Assembly (NCBI GenBank): GCA_964035545.1
Contig: OZ037770.1
Location: 12,948,642 to 13,012,641 of the forward strand
Direction: 5' to 3'
DNA length: 64,000 nt
From: Bugula neritina
Lineage: Eukaryota > Animalia > Bryozoa
The notes under the pieces were generated by a model that saw only the letters and a list, made by a program, of their open reading frames with translations, searched no databases and was not told the origin of the DNA. The first letter of the stretch is position 1. Each line of letters starts with the position of its first letter. Positions 42,514 to 56,750 of the stretch are shown in pieces. Both the position numbers and the translations under genes were made by a program.

Positions 42514-43557
42514 TTAACTTTCGCTTGAAACTGAAAGGCTCACTGTCTTTAGGCTGGGAATTTCAGTAGAGGAGCTATATACTTGGATACTGGGGTCTGC
42601 CAGTCGGTTTGCTGGTTGGCAACTTCGACAGCATTTGAAGATCTTCCAACCAAATAAAGCACGTCTGAACTTTGACCCAGAAATACAATATATTAGGAAT
42701 GTGCTGGCAACTCCTAAGTATTGTATCGCATAGCATACTGATCGGAATAGCTTCGATTTTGGGTCATTGTTGCCTACTAGTTGTACGATGGACACTGGCA
42801 GTGTTGTCACTACAAATTGTATGTTAACGGCTGTTAGCATTAGTGTCATGGATCTTCTCGTGTTCACAAGGGTTCTGTTTTTGTGTTCAGACTTGGTTCT
42901 GGTCAAAGAGTGGCGAGTTGCAATGATAAGCACAACATTGCTGATTATTATGATAAAGGCTGGCAGTATGGAGAAACTGATCAGATCAAATACAGACCAG
43001 ATAGACCAGGCTGGTGAAGCTTCCAATTCGCGGCATCCGTGCTTAAAGTCCAAGATAAGCACAACAGAACTATTTAGTCCCAAACATACTAACAGCTCTA
43101 CACTCACTATAATCAGCCCCTTCTTCCAATTCAGATTATTTGAACCACAACATTCAGTGTTCCAAACATGTTTGGCTATTTGACAAGTACGGTCCAAAGC
43201 TATAGTGGCTTGGATCCATGCTACGTATTGTAAAGCGGTATATTTTAGTATGACTAGAAGGGCACAGCTCGGTTCTAAGTACCCCGGGAGCTTCCATATT
43301 GGAACACCAGTGTACAGTGTGAGTAGACCGGCTAGTGATAGTGCTACTATATACACTCCAAATGTCTGAATTCGGAAAGACTTTTTAGTGAGTATAACTA
43401 ACAAAGAGAGAATATGGCCTATTGTCCCAGTTAACAAAATAAATGCACCGCCATACATCCGAAAGTCTCTTGAAATGCATTCTTGGTCTGTAGGATCGTA
43501 GTCGGGGTGGTGTTTGTCACAAATGTTAGCGTAGTTGGGTGGATCCGTAACATTCAT
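42514..43557 (-). CDS. Class A (rhodopsin-like) GPCR, paralog 1, about 347 aa; peptide-receptor-like (FMRFamide/GPR139-like) orphan
   Basis: 7 hydrophobic segments, ALDR at end of TM3, FVVTTLP in TM6, FLIYCISGSKFR at TM7/helix 8, N-terminal NVT sequon. Start placed at MNVT because paralog homology begins there and an acceptor (atttag) lies at 43565-43566. Confidence 0.9.
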   Translation of the reverse strand: MNVTDPPNYANICDKHHPDYDPTDQECISRDFRMYGGAFILLTGTIGHILSLLVILTKKSFRIQTFGVYIVALSLAGLLTLYTGVPIWKLPGYLEPSCALLVILKYTALQYVAWIQATIALDRTCQIAKHVWNTECCGSNNLNWKKGLIIVSVELLVCLGLNSSVVLILDFKHGCRELEASPAWSIWSVFDLISFSILPAFIIIISNVVLIIATRHSLTRTKSEHKNRTLVNTRRSMTLMLTAVNIQFVVTTLPVSIVQLVGNNDPKSKLFRSVCYAIQYLGVASTFLIYCISGSKFRRALFGWKIFKCCRSCQPANRLADPSIQVYSSSTEIPSLKTVSLSVSSES

Positions 43558-44596
43558 TCTGTCTCTAAATATACAAAAGAAATTACACACTAAATGTTCA
43601 TAATATGACAACTCTTCATGTCTATAGAACATGATGCAATATAATAATTTTTAGGCTCAACTATGCTGGATGTTAGTAAGTGGCAAGAATCAATTTCCAC
43701 TATAAAATCTTTATCTAAAGTAAGTTTAGACAAATGGACCACCTTCATTAAATTAATTTTATATTTTAAGTATACTACTAAATAGCCTATTTGTTACTTA
43801 GCAGTATGTATAGCCTGCGTTTCAAAGACTCAAGTTGATCAATATACGCATTGTTGGGACTAAGACTAACAAATGACAAAAGTTAGCATGAAGCAGTAGT
43901 AGTTCTAGATCAGCATGTAAGAATAAAAGATAAGCAATTATTATAATACCAAAATATCCATTAAAGAACAGTAAAGTCATTTAAAGAAAATACAACTAGT
44001 CACTTGAGTTTTACTTCTGTTGGCAACATATTGGTAACTTTACAGTTAATTTTTCATGCATACGGTTTTGCAAGAGAAATTGCACTTCATGTGGTCCTAA
44101 CTTGTCATTACTCTGTTTTTACATAGCTTTAATAATAAACAGAAATTGCAGACATAAATAAATTATAAATTACTGAAGATAAATCTACAAAGGAGCATCA
44201 AACAAATTGACTATTGACTATAGTAACTGAAAACTCTGAAATTCAAGGTTGTTTTAGAGTTTAGACAGATTATTCATAACAGTAAAAATCTAAATGAAAA
44301 TAACCGCCACATGGTTCATCATACAGTATAATGATATTACTCTCACTCTGATTCATTGACTTTATATTATTTATTGAGAATATATTGCCTTATTAGCTTG
44401 ATTTCTTGTGTCTTATTTATATAGTCATAATTTTTAATAATTTGTAGGCATTTATAAAGGTGGAGATCATTTACTGGTTTATTAAGTTGAATCCTTTATA
44501 ATATAAAACACAGTATTTATGTAGGTACAATAAGTGGACAGAGCTTACAATATAAACAACTATCGCATAATATTATGACATATATATAATTATATG

Positions 44597-44599
<3 letters not shown>

Positions 44600-44658
<59 letters not shown>
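44600..44658. repeat. (TA)n microsatellite
   Basis: Direct observation. Confidence 0.92.
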
Positions 44659-44661
<3 letters not shown>

Positions 44662-46742
44662 AAATATAAGTGTATTTATTCTCAGTGAGGATGTACTTAA
44701 GTTGTAAAAGTAATTAACTTATATATAATCAATATGTGTTTTGTTGTTGAACTCTTTATCATATCTTATACTCATAATTTATATTGCATGATTTAAATAG
44801 CAATCAATGTACCATTTGATATTAAGGTCAAAGTAATACTTAGTTCAATAAAGTTATCAACCTTACACGCTATACTATACCAGATATATAAAGTACTAAT
44901 AGCTCATATAAACTACTATATTAAATTGTGTTGATCTTACAATAAATACTTATCTATTATATTGCAAGCACATTGGCAAATTGCCAATTTTCTTAATTTA
45001 GCATTTGTGTATATTTGAAATATAAATTGTACTAGAGGATATGTGAGTTTTTCATTTTAATTAGAGTAAGGTGGATATAGTGATGGTGGGATATCTTAAG
45101 AGAAATGATTTCTCAACACGTTATTCTATGAACGTGAATGTATTGTTTTATAGTGTTATATAAATTTTATTAGTTTTGTTTCGGAAATCCTAAAGCAACT
45201 TTCATTTATGGAATTTTTATGAGTGCACTTATTTGAAAAAGTGCACAGTCAGTTTTTGCAAATTAGAAGTTTAAGTATAATTTAATCGATTTAACTCCAC
45301 AAAGGTGCAGACGCAAATTCTGAAATAGAATAATTAATGAATTTTTATGCAATATGTTCCCAGGAGATGCTTCAGTCCTCAATAACATGTTTGAAACATG
45401 ATTTATGTAATATTCCCTTGCTCAGAATAGTTAATATGTTATGCAATATTTTTCACATGCAATAAAACTCTTTGAAAAAATTATTGATTGGTTGCATAGA
45501 AAAGCAATTCTGTATAAGTAGTTCAGTGAGGTGTTTCAAAAAGATGAAAATACTAATTCATATTATTGAAGCATATTAATAACTTTCCATGCTTTCATTA
45601 TATGTATTAAGTCTGACGCTTTTTCTTAGCTGTTTTGTTATTACTATATCAAAGCTATTTCTTGGATAAATTCTATACGATGTATATAAGCAATCAGACA
45701 ATGTTTCATTCTTTAATCTCACTTGGACAATAAAAGTAAACTAACAGAGTCCATCTTGGCTTTTTGATGAATACAGCCATGCACTCAATGACTTTCTGAG
45801 TTAACATAAATAAGTACAGAAAACAACATGTGCCACACAAACGTAAACATAAACACAATGTAGTCAAACAACAACCTGGGCATTTAGTATTGACTCTCAC
45901 AAACGATTCTTTCAATATTTCACATACAATGTTGAAGAGTATTATTTAGTCCTTTATAATAGTTTATACAGTTGAGACAGATTGCAATGATGATGGTGTA
46001 GTTGAGATTATAATTTGATATTGAGTTTTCATAATGTAATAAATAAGCTCTCAACTTTTTGCAATACATCTTCACAAATACATAATCTATAAGGATTAAC
46101 TGAGTATGTATAAATTTATACATTATAATGTAAGGCAATAACCTCATAAATTCTCATTTGATTAAACCCGATATTTTTAGGTGATAATTTTTAAAAAAGA
46201 TGCCACGAGTCATAATAAATAACATATTAAAGTAAAGTATTTCAACCCACGTCCTCCTATTTCCTTTATAATAACAAGTAAAGTCATCTTAAAGCTGGAG
46301 ATATCATCAAAACAAAACATATATCATATTTTCACAAAATTAACTTAAAAAAGGAAAGGAAATGATATTGCAATGTGAATATTACAGCTGTTGAAAACAT
46401 GCAGTAAGTCTCTAAAATACTGAAGTATCCATCTTATAAATGTTGACAACAGTGGGTAGATATATTAGCAAATCACTACTACTTACGTTTCTTTCAACTT
46501 TCCAAGTAAATAAACTATTTCTCACCTTTCAACAAACAGTTGTAGTTCATGATGTCAATTATTTTTCCAGCATAAAGTCACATTTTTATTAAAACCAGTT
46601 GCAAAGTTGTTTTAAGCATATATCTTATCAAGATGGCTACACTAACTGAGAAGGTCTTGAATGGTTAATTTCCATATTTCATTGCAATTTATATAGACTA
46701 TGTCTAACATATCCTGCTCTTCTGGATCACATTAATAAATAG

Positions 46743-46765
46743 GTTACCATGGTTACCATGGAAAC
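46743..46765. promoter_or_regulatory. RFX X-box upstream of GPCR paralog 1 (GTTACCATGGAAAC, overlapped by GTTACCATGGTTAC)
   Basis: Matches consensus GTTNCCATGGNAAC; same homologous context as 56214 and 63297. Confidence 0.7.
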
Positions 46766-48098
46766 CCAGCTTAGTAAGTAACTATCTAATACCTGAAATT
46801 ATAGAAATGCTAATTAAAGTACTGCTAACCTCAAGTACTAGCTAGAATTGCTTTGGAACCACAAATCAACAATGCCTGCAACATTTGTCATGTTAGGCAA
46901 TACCACATGTTTATTCCACTAACAACTATCACACTGCAAACTTAGTAGAACTAGTAGCAATATATATTAATAAGTCATTAAGTTGAACAGCTGTATGGGC
47001 TTAATATTATAAATTTACTTTCTTGGCCATTATCAACATTATATAAAATTAACTATTTCATTAGCTATGATAAATTGTAAAAAACACAAGTTTAATAAAT
47101 ATTCCTTCACAGTAACTACAATTTTAATTAAAAGTGCCACAAACATTTAATTTGGTAACATGCATAAATCATTTCCAGTCTCCAAAATCATAAGCCTAAG
47201 AATTTCAATGCCAAATTAACTGTTTCTGATGACAATGATTTATTTTTGACATCTATTTTTGAAATGAGGGTTTAAGTCTAAGCTAATGATCTATCCAGTT
47301 GAATGTTATAGTTGTGGGAATGCAAAGTTTTAATTTGGCAAGCAGGTAAAACAAGCTGTCAAAGACTGCAATGCCATATGATATTATATTATAAATGTTC
47401 AAGTGGATAATTCTCAAAAATATCTTGACCAGCTGTTCACTATACTCACTGTGCCTTTTATAAACAAAACATATACATCTATTGTCAGCTAGACTTTGAA
47501 CACTTACACTGTGGTCAACAAGGAATTACATGAATAAATGCCAGTTAGTGGTGTATTCATGTGCCATCATGAATGACCTAGAAAAAGAGTTCGTCTGCAT
47601 GCACCATGAATTAGTGCTAAATTAATATTTTAGTGTATATTGGAATTCACAACAAAAATTTATTTCCTTGCTATATGTATGAAAAAACATGAATGATCAT
47701 TTGTCCAGAAATTAATGCAGCTTTTGATTCACATAAAGTTTGCATAATGAAACACAACTGCATGAGTACTAAATACTACTGCAGGTACTACTTGGCACTT
47801 ACTGCTGTGTATAACATCAATTGTACTATGTCTACTCAGTGCAACTATATATTGGTACTATTGAGTACGACTGTTGGTGTCACTGCTACTAGTCAATACT
47901 ACTATTGGTACTAGGGAGTATAACTACTATTGGTACTAGTGAATACTACTATTGGTACAAGATATTAGTGACTGCTATTGGTATAAAGCATGTTATTCAA
48001 ACAAACTCCAATCATAGATTATGATCTGGTGTTCCTTAAACCATGACTTTACTTCAACATTGAATTGTCTTTCACAAAAGTGTATAAGTCACACTCAC

Positions 48099-48240
48099 CT
48101 GGCATGTAGAAGTATGAGCTGTTAGACGTTATCAATTCTGTTGTATGAGAGATTATAACCACACTGCATATCTCTACAGTATGAGTGACTCCATACGTAA
48201 TATTAGCATCTATCATATTGAATGAGACGCTTCATCAACA
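48099..48240 (-). other. Putative 5'-UTR exon of GPCR paralog 1 (5' end approximate)
   Basis: Ends ATACTTCTACATGCCAG|gtgagt; homologous to 57274-57350; CCAAT motifs near 48301 and 48332. Confidence 0.5.
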
Positions 48241-51200
48241 CTGCATATCTCTACAGTAACTCTAATTGTAACACTTATATAAATTCTGAGGTATCAATGA
48301 CCAATCAAGTGCTAGAAAAGATTACCATTGGCCAATCAGCTACATCGATATGCATATTACAGAGAACACATTATAGGTGTAGTAGAATTGTGCAAATTAG
48401 CCATTAATTTTATGTGCAAATTAATTTATAAATTTACCAAAATAACATTTGAGTTGGGTAAACATTTTTGTCCTATAGATATGCATACTATATATAGAGC
48501 TGGCTGTACATTCATATATTCAAAGTGGTCATTATTTTTTAAATTCAATCGACTTTAAACCCTCCCTATACTCTGCGTATTCATTGCATTTACAAGTTGA
48601 TATTTGCTATAAGGGGTAGATTTCCCTGATCATCCGTAGCAAGCAAGATGGATGAAAACGAAAACAGCCTACTCTACTATATTGTATTTTATTTCTGTAC
48701 TTCTTATTTACATATTTAAGTCTCTCGCACTCTGACACTGCATTCTATTAATCCTGATTAATTGTTTATTTGACACACTTAAAGCTTCTGTCTTTGTCTA
48801 TTTTAATTCCCATGCACCACCATAGCAACAGCAATACCTCCCAATAAAAATATCTTATATTTTCCAATATTACTCCTGTAATATTTACACCAAAGATACT
48901 ATTTTTAGCATCTAATACTTAGCTCAAAGTTTTATTGTAACAATTTCTTATACTAGAATACTAAACTTTCTCTGAAGTTTTAAAAAGCAAACTTTTGGTC
49001 ACTTCATTTACTGAAATTCAAATGGTCGATTTAAGTTGAAATAGAAATCATAACTCTTTCTGATTAAGATAAATGATTATTGCCATATATTGCTCAGTGA
49101 TCTCTCTTATAAAATTTGTTAATTTATTTTAGGCTGATTCGGCAGAAGAATACAGATCTCAAATCAGATTTGGACAATTATCCAATCAACATCAGCGTGG
49201 CACTTTTGGTTTGAAAGGTTGTTGTTATTATAAACACTGGTCTTTTATTATTAAAAAATGCAGATTTCATAATAGGAGCTCTTTGCTAAACTGAACTATA
49301 TTATTGATCTCTAGGGAGTATTATAGTAGCAGACGGCACCAAGGTAACTGTAGAGCTCAGGGTGCATAAATTACAGCAATTTCTGCTGTTCTAGATCCAA
49401 TCATAGCGAGCAGTATATATATTAATTCCACTTGAGTGACTCAAAATAATGACGTTGAATTTTATTTCCCATTATTTTTGTCTGCCAGGTGTCATAAGTT
49501 TAAGCTATTAGCTTTCGTAATTTTTCACATTATTCCACGAATTAAGCTGTAACTACATTGCATTTAAAATTACTGAATCTAATTTGCAATCTACAGCTAG
49601 TATATAACTGTTATTAGTGAGTAGAGATATTGTAAAGGCTGTGATTGGCTTTTGAGTTCATAATGTTATTTTTTAATTTACAAATTCACAAATTAAATTT
49701 AGCTACCTGTGGTAAGAAACCAAATTATAATCTGACTCATCTTTTCTTTAGCACTAAACTGGATAAATATCATATAATTGATTTTGTTTGCAAATGCTTT
49801 TTAATTTAATTTTCTTTGGAGATGAGTAATTGCCCTTGCACCCATAGCAAGCTACAGAAGTTATCCTCTCACCAGTGAGACTTTGGTTGTAGATGAAATA
49901 TATGTAACATAAACCCATATAAATTCGAGAAATATAAACAGAAAATTTGTTTGTGTTTTAAATAATGATACACAAATAGGCAACTTGCCAAAAATCTTGC
50001 TGCCTAAATGATCTTGCTGTCATTCACTACAGGTTTAGTCAAATTACATGCTAATAGATGTCACTGCTTGTTAAGGTGGGAACGGTTCGGGAGGTATATA
50101 TATCTTGTTAGAAATTCTCTTATATTTGAATTTTATGTAGTTTTGAAATTTTCAAACCATAAGAAATTTCTTGCGATTATCAAAAATTAGGCCTAAATTT
50201 ACTCCAGAAAAATAATTTGTGAAACGGTATTAGCTACAGATATAGAAGTTGTGCTCTCCTTCAGTGAGATTATTTCTCCATAACTAGTCCATATATAGAA
50301 ATGGAGTGTAGGCTTTATTAAGTAGCACATGTATTTTGTAAGCAACCGAAAATTTTTAAATATTTACAGCTTGATATATTAACTTATTACAGACTAGTTT
50401 TTAGGCTACATTAGTCATATTCCCTGAACTCTGAGAGGCCTAAGGATCTACACCCTAAACAAGCAGTTTACTTAAACTGAAAAATTAAGCCAAATGTTGC
50501 TAAACATGTAAAATCTGCTAAATGGTTTTCTGCTGTCTCAGTGAAACTTTCCTCTTACTTTTTATAGAGAATCTAAGTCAAGTTTGTTCTGTTTGGAATT
50601 GACCCGCCTGCATGTTAGTTTCGGCAGTGAAACCACTTGAACAGCTTATTCTCTGACGCTCTAGCAAAGAGTAGAAGATCAGGCAGGTAAGAGTGCTCGC
50701 TCTAGCACTAAAAAGGTTTTTGATTGTAATATATAATCAAAATTCTACCTTCGTGCACCCTTGCAGCTCCATTAACTTTATTTGTTACTTCCTATGGCCA
50801 AATATGCTTACAGGAGAGTTTTTATTTAGAGGTCATTGACCCTGCTTGTAATTAATGTGAGTACTATAGCTAGAGATCAAGTTAGTGTGCTGCTAATGTA
50901 TGATTGTTGTTATCTGATATAAATAATATATTGATTATTAAGAGAATATCATTAACATTATAGTGTGCAATTTTGTGTACACATTCTAGCATGCATATAC
51001 ATGTTCTAGTATGTTCTATAACATATATTACGCAATTACTGTCAGTTAGTTATATAAGTGAAACACCCATTACAATTAGTGCAGTACTAATTATAGTTAA
51101 TTCTTTAGAAATCACAAATATGTACTCATAATGCTGAGCAGGCCTGTTAAGCTATTCCCCATATAATTATTAGAAGGTGTAATTTGTGTTTTAGTCCAAC

Positions 51201-52311
51201 ATTCTATTCTGAGCTATATGATGTGTTTACAACCTTCACTAAGTAGGTGAATAAACACTTGTATCATGTATCCTTTTACTTGATTTATTATATTGTAATT
51301 AGAAACATGTTAACCTACAAACTTCCCTTTCCATGATGCTAAATTTTATAGGTTAGTATGAATGTTAATAGTTATATATACTGCACATAGTAGCCATTGT
51401 TTTTACTAATGCACCATGTTTTTCTTATATCACATAGGTTTCATTCTAAAAATATTTATTATACTTTAAGCTCTACCCACTCAATAGAATTATATTATTG
51501 TTAAAAGTGCCATTTCAGCTTCTTCTGATAGAAAAAAAGTATCTAAAAGCTGGCGTATAGTTGGCCCATGCGTCACAAATTTGAATCAACTTCAGTTAAT
51601 AAAAGTAAGCAACAGGTTATAAACTCTCCTCTTGAATTTGTTTTTAGGAGGTAGATTTACGTCTTTTATTTCAATGCAAAGAAGAACAACCATTCCTTGA
51701 GTGGACTAATTACAGATTGTCTTTAGCTTTATTGTGGACACAACTTCTCTATACCTCATTTAAACATGCCTTGTTACTACTATGCCTTGTTTGTTTCAAA
51801 TGGAATATTTTTTTATTGAATATTAAGCGCAAGAAAAAAATACTATATTAATATCATAACTACAATGAACTAGTCATGGGTTGAAGTATAATTAATAGTA
51901 TTTTAGTTTGTTGATAACTAATGGCTTCAGCAAGTTTTCTCCTATTTATGCATCGCATATCTAAAAGAGAAGAGTTTCTTTGTAAATTGTCCATCTTTGG
52001 CCATCAGAAGACAATTTAGGAAAGCATTCTTTTATTACTTTATAATCACATGTCTGTAGTAATGAATTATACTTTTGTATGAGTGAACTCAGTCATTGAC
52101 CCTGTATTAATAATACAATGATTAAAGCTCAATTTTTATGGTTTGTTAGTAGCATGTTAGTGTAAACATAAACTGCATTTGACTATAGCTTTCACACACA
52201 TAATATTTATATGAATATATACAGGTGTATTTTGGCTAAAGAAACTACAAATCAAAATTTATGGAAAAGTGTTAATTTCACAACATCTAAGAAGTGAAAT
52301 ACTTTGAGCTG

Positions 52312-53412
52312 TTAAGTCTCAGAGCATATATCATTAGAAATCAAAGTTTTCATGACTGGAGTCTTGCTAGTTTTTCGGCAGTGCAAACCAGTTGGAGAGT
52401 TGTTTACTTTGGTTTTGGAATTTGTCCCTTGGGCTGTTAGCTGGCGTTTACGAAAGCATTTGAAGATCTTCCATTCAAATAAAGCACTTCTAAACTTTGA
52501 CCCAGAAATACAGTAGATCACAAATGTGTTAGCAACTCCTAAATATTGTATTGCATAGCATACTGAGCGGAACAATTTTGTTTTAGGATTATCATTGTCC
52601 AACAATTGTACAATAGACACTGGCAGTGTTGTCACTACGAATAGTATATTGACTGCTGTTAGCATTAAGGTCATTGATCTTCTAGTTTTCACAAGAGTTT
52701 TGTTTTGATGTTCAGACTTGATCCTGGTCAAAGAGTGGCGAGTTGTAATGATAAGCACAACATTGCTAATTATTATGATAACAGCTGGCAGTATGGAGAA
52801 ACTGATCAGATCAAATACAGACCAGATAGACCAGGCTGGTGATGCCTGTAGATAGATACATCCATTTGCATAGTCCAAGACAAGCACCACAGAACTATTT
52901 AGTCCCAGACATACTAGCAACTCTACACTCACTATAATCAGTCCCTTCTTCCAATTCAGATTATTTGAACCGCAATGTTCAGTGTTCCAAACATGTTTGG
53001 CCACTTGACAAGTGCGATCAAGGGCTATAGTAGCTTGGATCCACGCTACGTATTGTAAGGAGGCGTGTGTCAATATCACGTGAAAGATGCAACCCATCTT
53101 TAAGGATTTTCGAAGGTTGAACTGCCACAATGTAAATCCTGGAATAGTCCAATCTAGAACACCCGTGTACAGTGTTAGTAGACCGGCTAGTGATAGTGCT
53201 ACTATATACACTCCAAATGTCTGAATTCGAAAAGACTTGTTAGTAAGTATAACTAACAGAGAGAGAATATGACCTATTGTTCCAGTTACCAGAATAACCG
53301 CACCACCATACATCCGAAGGTCCAGAATTATGCATTCTTGGTCTGTAGGGTCGTAGTCCGGGTGGTATTTGTCACAAATGTTAGCATAGTTGGGTGGATC
53401 TGTAACATTCAT
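52312..53412 (-). CDS. Class A GPCR, paralog 2, about 366 aa
   Basis: Same motifs as paralog 1; ECL1 10 aa longer; different C-tail; acceptor tttatag at 53418-53419. Confidence 0.9.
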   Translation of the reverse strand: MNVTDPPNYANICDKYHPDYDPTDQECIILDLRMYGGAVILVTGTIGHILSLLVILTNKSFRIQTFGVYIVALSLAGLLTLYTGVLDWTIPGFTLWQFNLRKSLKMGCIFHVILTHASLQYVAWIQATIALDRTCQVAKHVWNTEHCGSNNLNWKKGLIIVSVELLVCLGLNSSVVLVLDYANGCIYLQASPAWSIWSVFDLISFSILPAVIIIISNVVLIITTRHSLTRIKSEHQNKTLVKTRRSMTLMLTAVNILFVVTTLPVSIVQLLDNDNPKTKLFRSVCYAIQYLGVANTFVIYCISGSKFRSALFEWKIFKCFRKRQLTAQGTNSKTKVNNSPTGLHCRKTSKTPVMKTLISNDICSET

Positions 53413-53608
53413 TCTGTCTATAAACATACAAAAGAGCTTGTAAATCAACCTTTCATGGTGTGACAACTCAGCATCTCTTCAAGATCTGGTATTTTAATAT
53501 AATAATCTGTAGGCTCAATTGCTGGATCTTGTTGGAAAAGATGGCAGGGCCAGTCCTAGCTATTAAATATTTGTCACAAGCAAATCTAGATTAACTATTA
53601 CTTCTACT

Positions 53609-55367
53609 CAGGGATGTAGTGGCAAAAATGTTCTAGGCCATACTCTCAGGCCGGGGGTCCAGGGGGCCGCCCAGGCCCCCGGCGGGGTCCGGGGCAGCGC
53701 CCCGGCCGCCGAAGCTCTCAGAGCTCTTCTGATGCAAATTTATGCAATTTAAAGCCATTGTGAATTCTAATTCTTCTGAAAAAATCTGTGTTTAAATGTG
53801 CACCTCACTATTATTTTCATACAATAGCAGCTACATGACGACTGGGCATTGCTGCAAACTATATAAATATTCAGTATTGTCCCATACTTGTTGACTGTAG
53901 TTTTAAATGTAAAGTCTTACTCAACTGCAGTTAGGTTTGTTCTGACATGCACCAATTACAAACTGTACAGAAAAATTGCTGAAGATCTCAAAAAGGATGG
54001 AAGGATAGAGACAGGTAACAAGTGCTCTCCAAATGCAACCTGATTATTTTATTAATAACTAATAGACTGACGTGCCCAGAAAAAGAATAATAGATCAGAA
54101 GAGAGGCAGATTGCAAATCAGAAAATGTGTGTTTGTTATTTATAAAGAGCAATTTGAATTGATAACTCATTGGCAAGCAGAAATTGGTTAAAAACCTAAT
54201 TGGAGTTTATTGGAGTACTAGTCTAATCCATAAGGAGATACCACCACACCTTCTAACACACAATAAAGCACGCACCCAAGAAAAGTATGTTAACTTGGTT
54301 TTAAAATAAAACCCCTGAACTTTCACTAGACACATCAAGGAAACATACCCCAAATGAAAAAAATTGACAGGCTTAATACGTGTTAACCTAGAAGATGATT
54401 AAATATAAAGCCAGATGTTAGTTAGTACAATCAAACATAAACGGTTACTTATGGTGGTGTACAGTTTGCAAAACCTTATTGCATTGATAATTAACATGCA
54501 ATAACGCTAGGTTTTTGAGCAAAATGTGGACATTATAGTACCTGTAGACCTCAGTGATAAATTTTTGGTAACCTCTCCTACACAACTGGTACTGTTTCTT
54601 GAAGACATTTTGATTTTATTTCTGGATTTCATGTTGGTTTTTTAAAATTCCATTGCTTATTGACAAAATACAAGTCCACACAAGATAGATAAGGGCAACC
54701 TTCTAGCTGTCACTGCCTAATTGTGCTAGAATAAAAATTTAAAAACTATGTTGTAGATCTTCCTGTTTCTCAGAGCACCTGCTTTTTCGAGTTTTCAATA
54801 TTTTTTTTGCAAAGTTATAGGCAAAACACTACTCATTTTGGCCAATTTTATCTGAAAGTTTATTTTTCAAAATGTGCCAAATATCTCAGCAGGAAAGTAT
54901 GGTATTGGAATAGAACAAACGCTGTTGGAAACCTGAGAAATTTATGCATAGCAAATTTTTTGATTCCTTTCAATAGCCTTCATAGATTTTCTACAAATTA
55001 GTGATTTACACACTGGAATGAAATATTTTTTCCTTAGCAATCACCAATGCACAGCACTTCGCGCTTCAGTGAACCCCTAAAGATGAGAAAACGGAATGTT
55101 GATAGCTCTCATTATTCATAGTGTAATCTCAGTCTAAACAATCACAAGTAGGCAACACGCATGCCACCCACATAGCATCAACATAACAAGAACTTAAACT
55201 AGATTGTGAGCGAAATTTATGATATTCTCAGTGAAGATGCCCCAACTATCCTGTGCACTAATCATCTTTCAAAAATATTATGCCCATACGGGCGTATGGC
55301 CTAGAGCAGTCTATTTTCTTCTAGGCCATACGGCGTATGGGACCGTATGGGTACCACTACATCCCTG
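53609..55367. mobile_element. Non-autonomous hAT element, 1759 bp
   Basis: Perfect 14-bp TIR CAGGGATGTAGTGG / CCACTACATCCCTG; perfect 8-bp TSD CTTCTACT (53601-53608, 55368-55375); subterminal CTAGGCCATAC repeats; GC-rich segment 53650-53712; no transposase ORF. Confidence 0.93.
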
Positions 55368-56213
55368 CTTCTACTAGAATAACATAATTATAATGGTATT
55401 GCTATGAAATGAAATTCAATTAACATAATATGCAACTGTTCACAAGATGTTTTAACTTCCTCATATTAAACATTTCAATATGCAGAACATAGGAATTTTT
55501 TTGTTTTCTCAATTAAAAATTTGAATTGAGCTTGTTTCACATTAGCTCACACTGTTCTATTGTGCAATAAATGTAGTATAGCAGCTACACGTGTTAAGTA
55601 ATACTTCTATCTAGCTACACTATTATCAACAGGTAAGAGTAAATGTCCAGGCTTTTTAAAAAAGCAGCTATAGTCTATTAAAACCAAATTTCCTGAGCTG
55701 TTAAATCTGAAACTGTATTTAACTGATATTTAAATAGATGTTGGATGCTTTAATGCTGCATAAACATAATCAGGCTTCCTTTTACTTTTCCTATTATTCT
55801 TCTAAGACACTTTAGAATTTTTTTTTGACCACCAGCAAGACATAAACTTACTATTAAACTTTGTTTTCATCTAAATATGTTGGTAGATCATTGGGGGCAA
55901 ACATTAATAATAGTGGGCTTATTTTGAGGGAGAAAGAAAGCCTAAAATAAAAACTGAAGTTATGCCCCTCCCCATTGCCTGCACACTCGGAGGTTAAGAA
56001 AATTCTTAAAGAGCCTAATCCAGAAAATCACTTGATGCCGCGCAAAGTTTGGAGTCACTGAGTACAGTAGCTTGAAGTTGAGTGTTGGTTTGTGCAAGTA
56101 TAAATAAATAATGCACTCGGTGACCCCAAACTTGGTGCTGCGTCTGGCGAATTCCTATGTATATCTAGAAAGTCCAGATCACTAGGTCTACGTAAGGTCA
56201 TATTAAAGGATCT

Positions 56214-56227
56214 GTTGCCATGGAAAC
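56214..56227. promoter_or_regulatory. RFX X-box upstream of GPCR paralog 2 (GTTGCCATGGAAAC)
   Basis: Consensus X-box in conserved paralogous context. Confidence 0.72.
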
Positions 56228-56750
56228 CCAATGTGAAAGTAGAACTAGGTAACGCCTGTGAAAGTAACTAACTAATCTCTACAACCCTAGTAATTAGTGA
56301 TGCACAAATTAGAGCATTAGTAAACTAGTTAGAGGCTATAATACATGGAATCTAGGTTATGTTAAGGCTTTAGAAGTGCAACGTGTTGAATACAATAACA
56401 ACTATTACAGTAAACTTGTTACAGCTATAAACATTATACTGATAGTAATTATGTATTTATTAGCTGAGCCTATAATTATATAAAATTACTTTCCCTGCCG
56501 ATGCAAATGTACAAATACAGAAAGTAATTTTTTATGACTTACATCCGCAATTATAACTGCAGTTCAAAGTGTCATCAAGGTTTATTTTTTAATTCAAAAA
56601 TTTGAATGTCAACTAAACTATTCATGATGGTAGTGATTCATTTTTCACACATCTATTTTTGGAGTAAAATTTTTAACCTAAGCTAAAAATCTATTTAGTC
56701 ACATACAGCTGTGAAAATGCAAAGTGTGAATTATAGTATATATAAGATGT

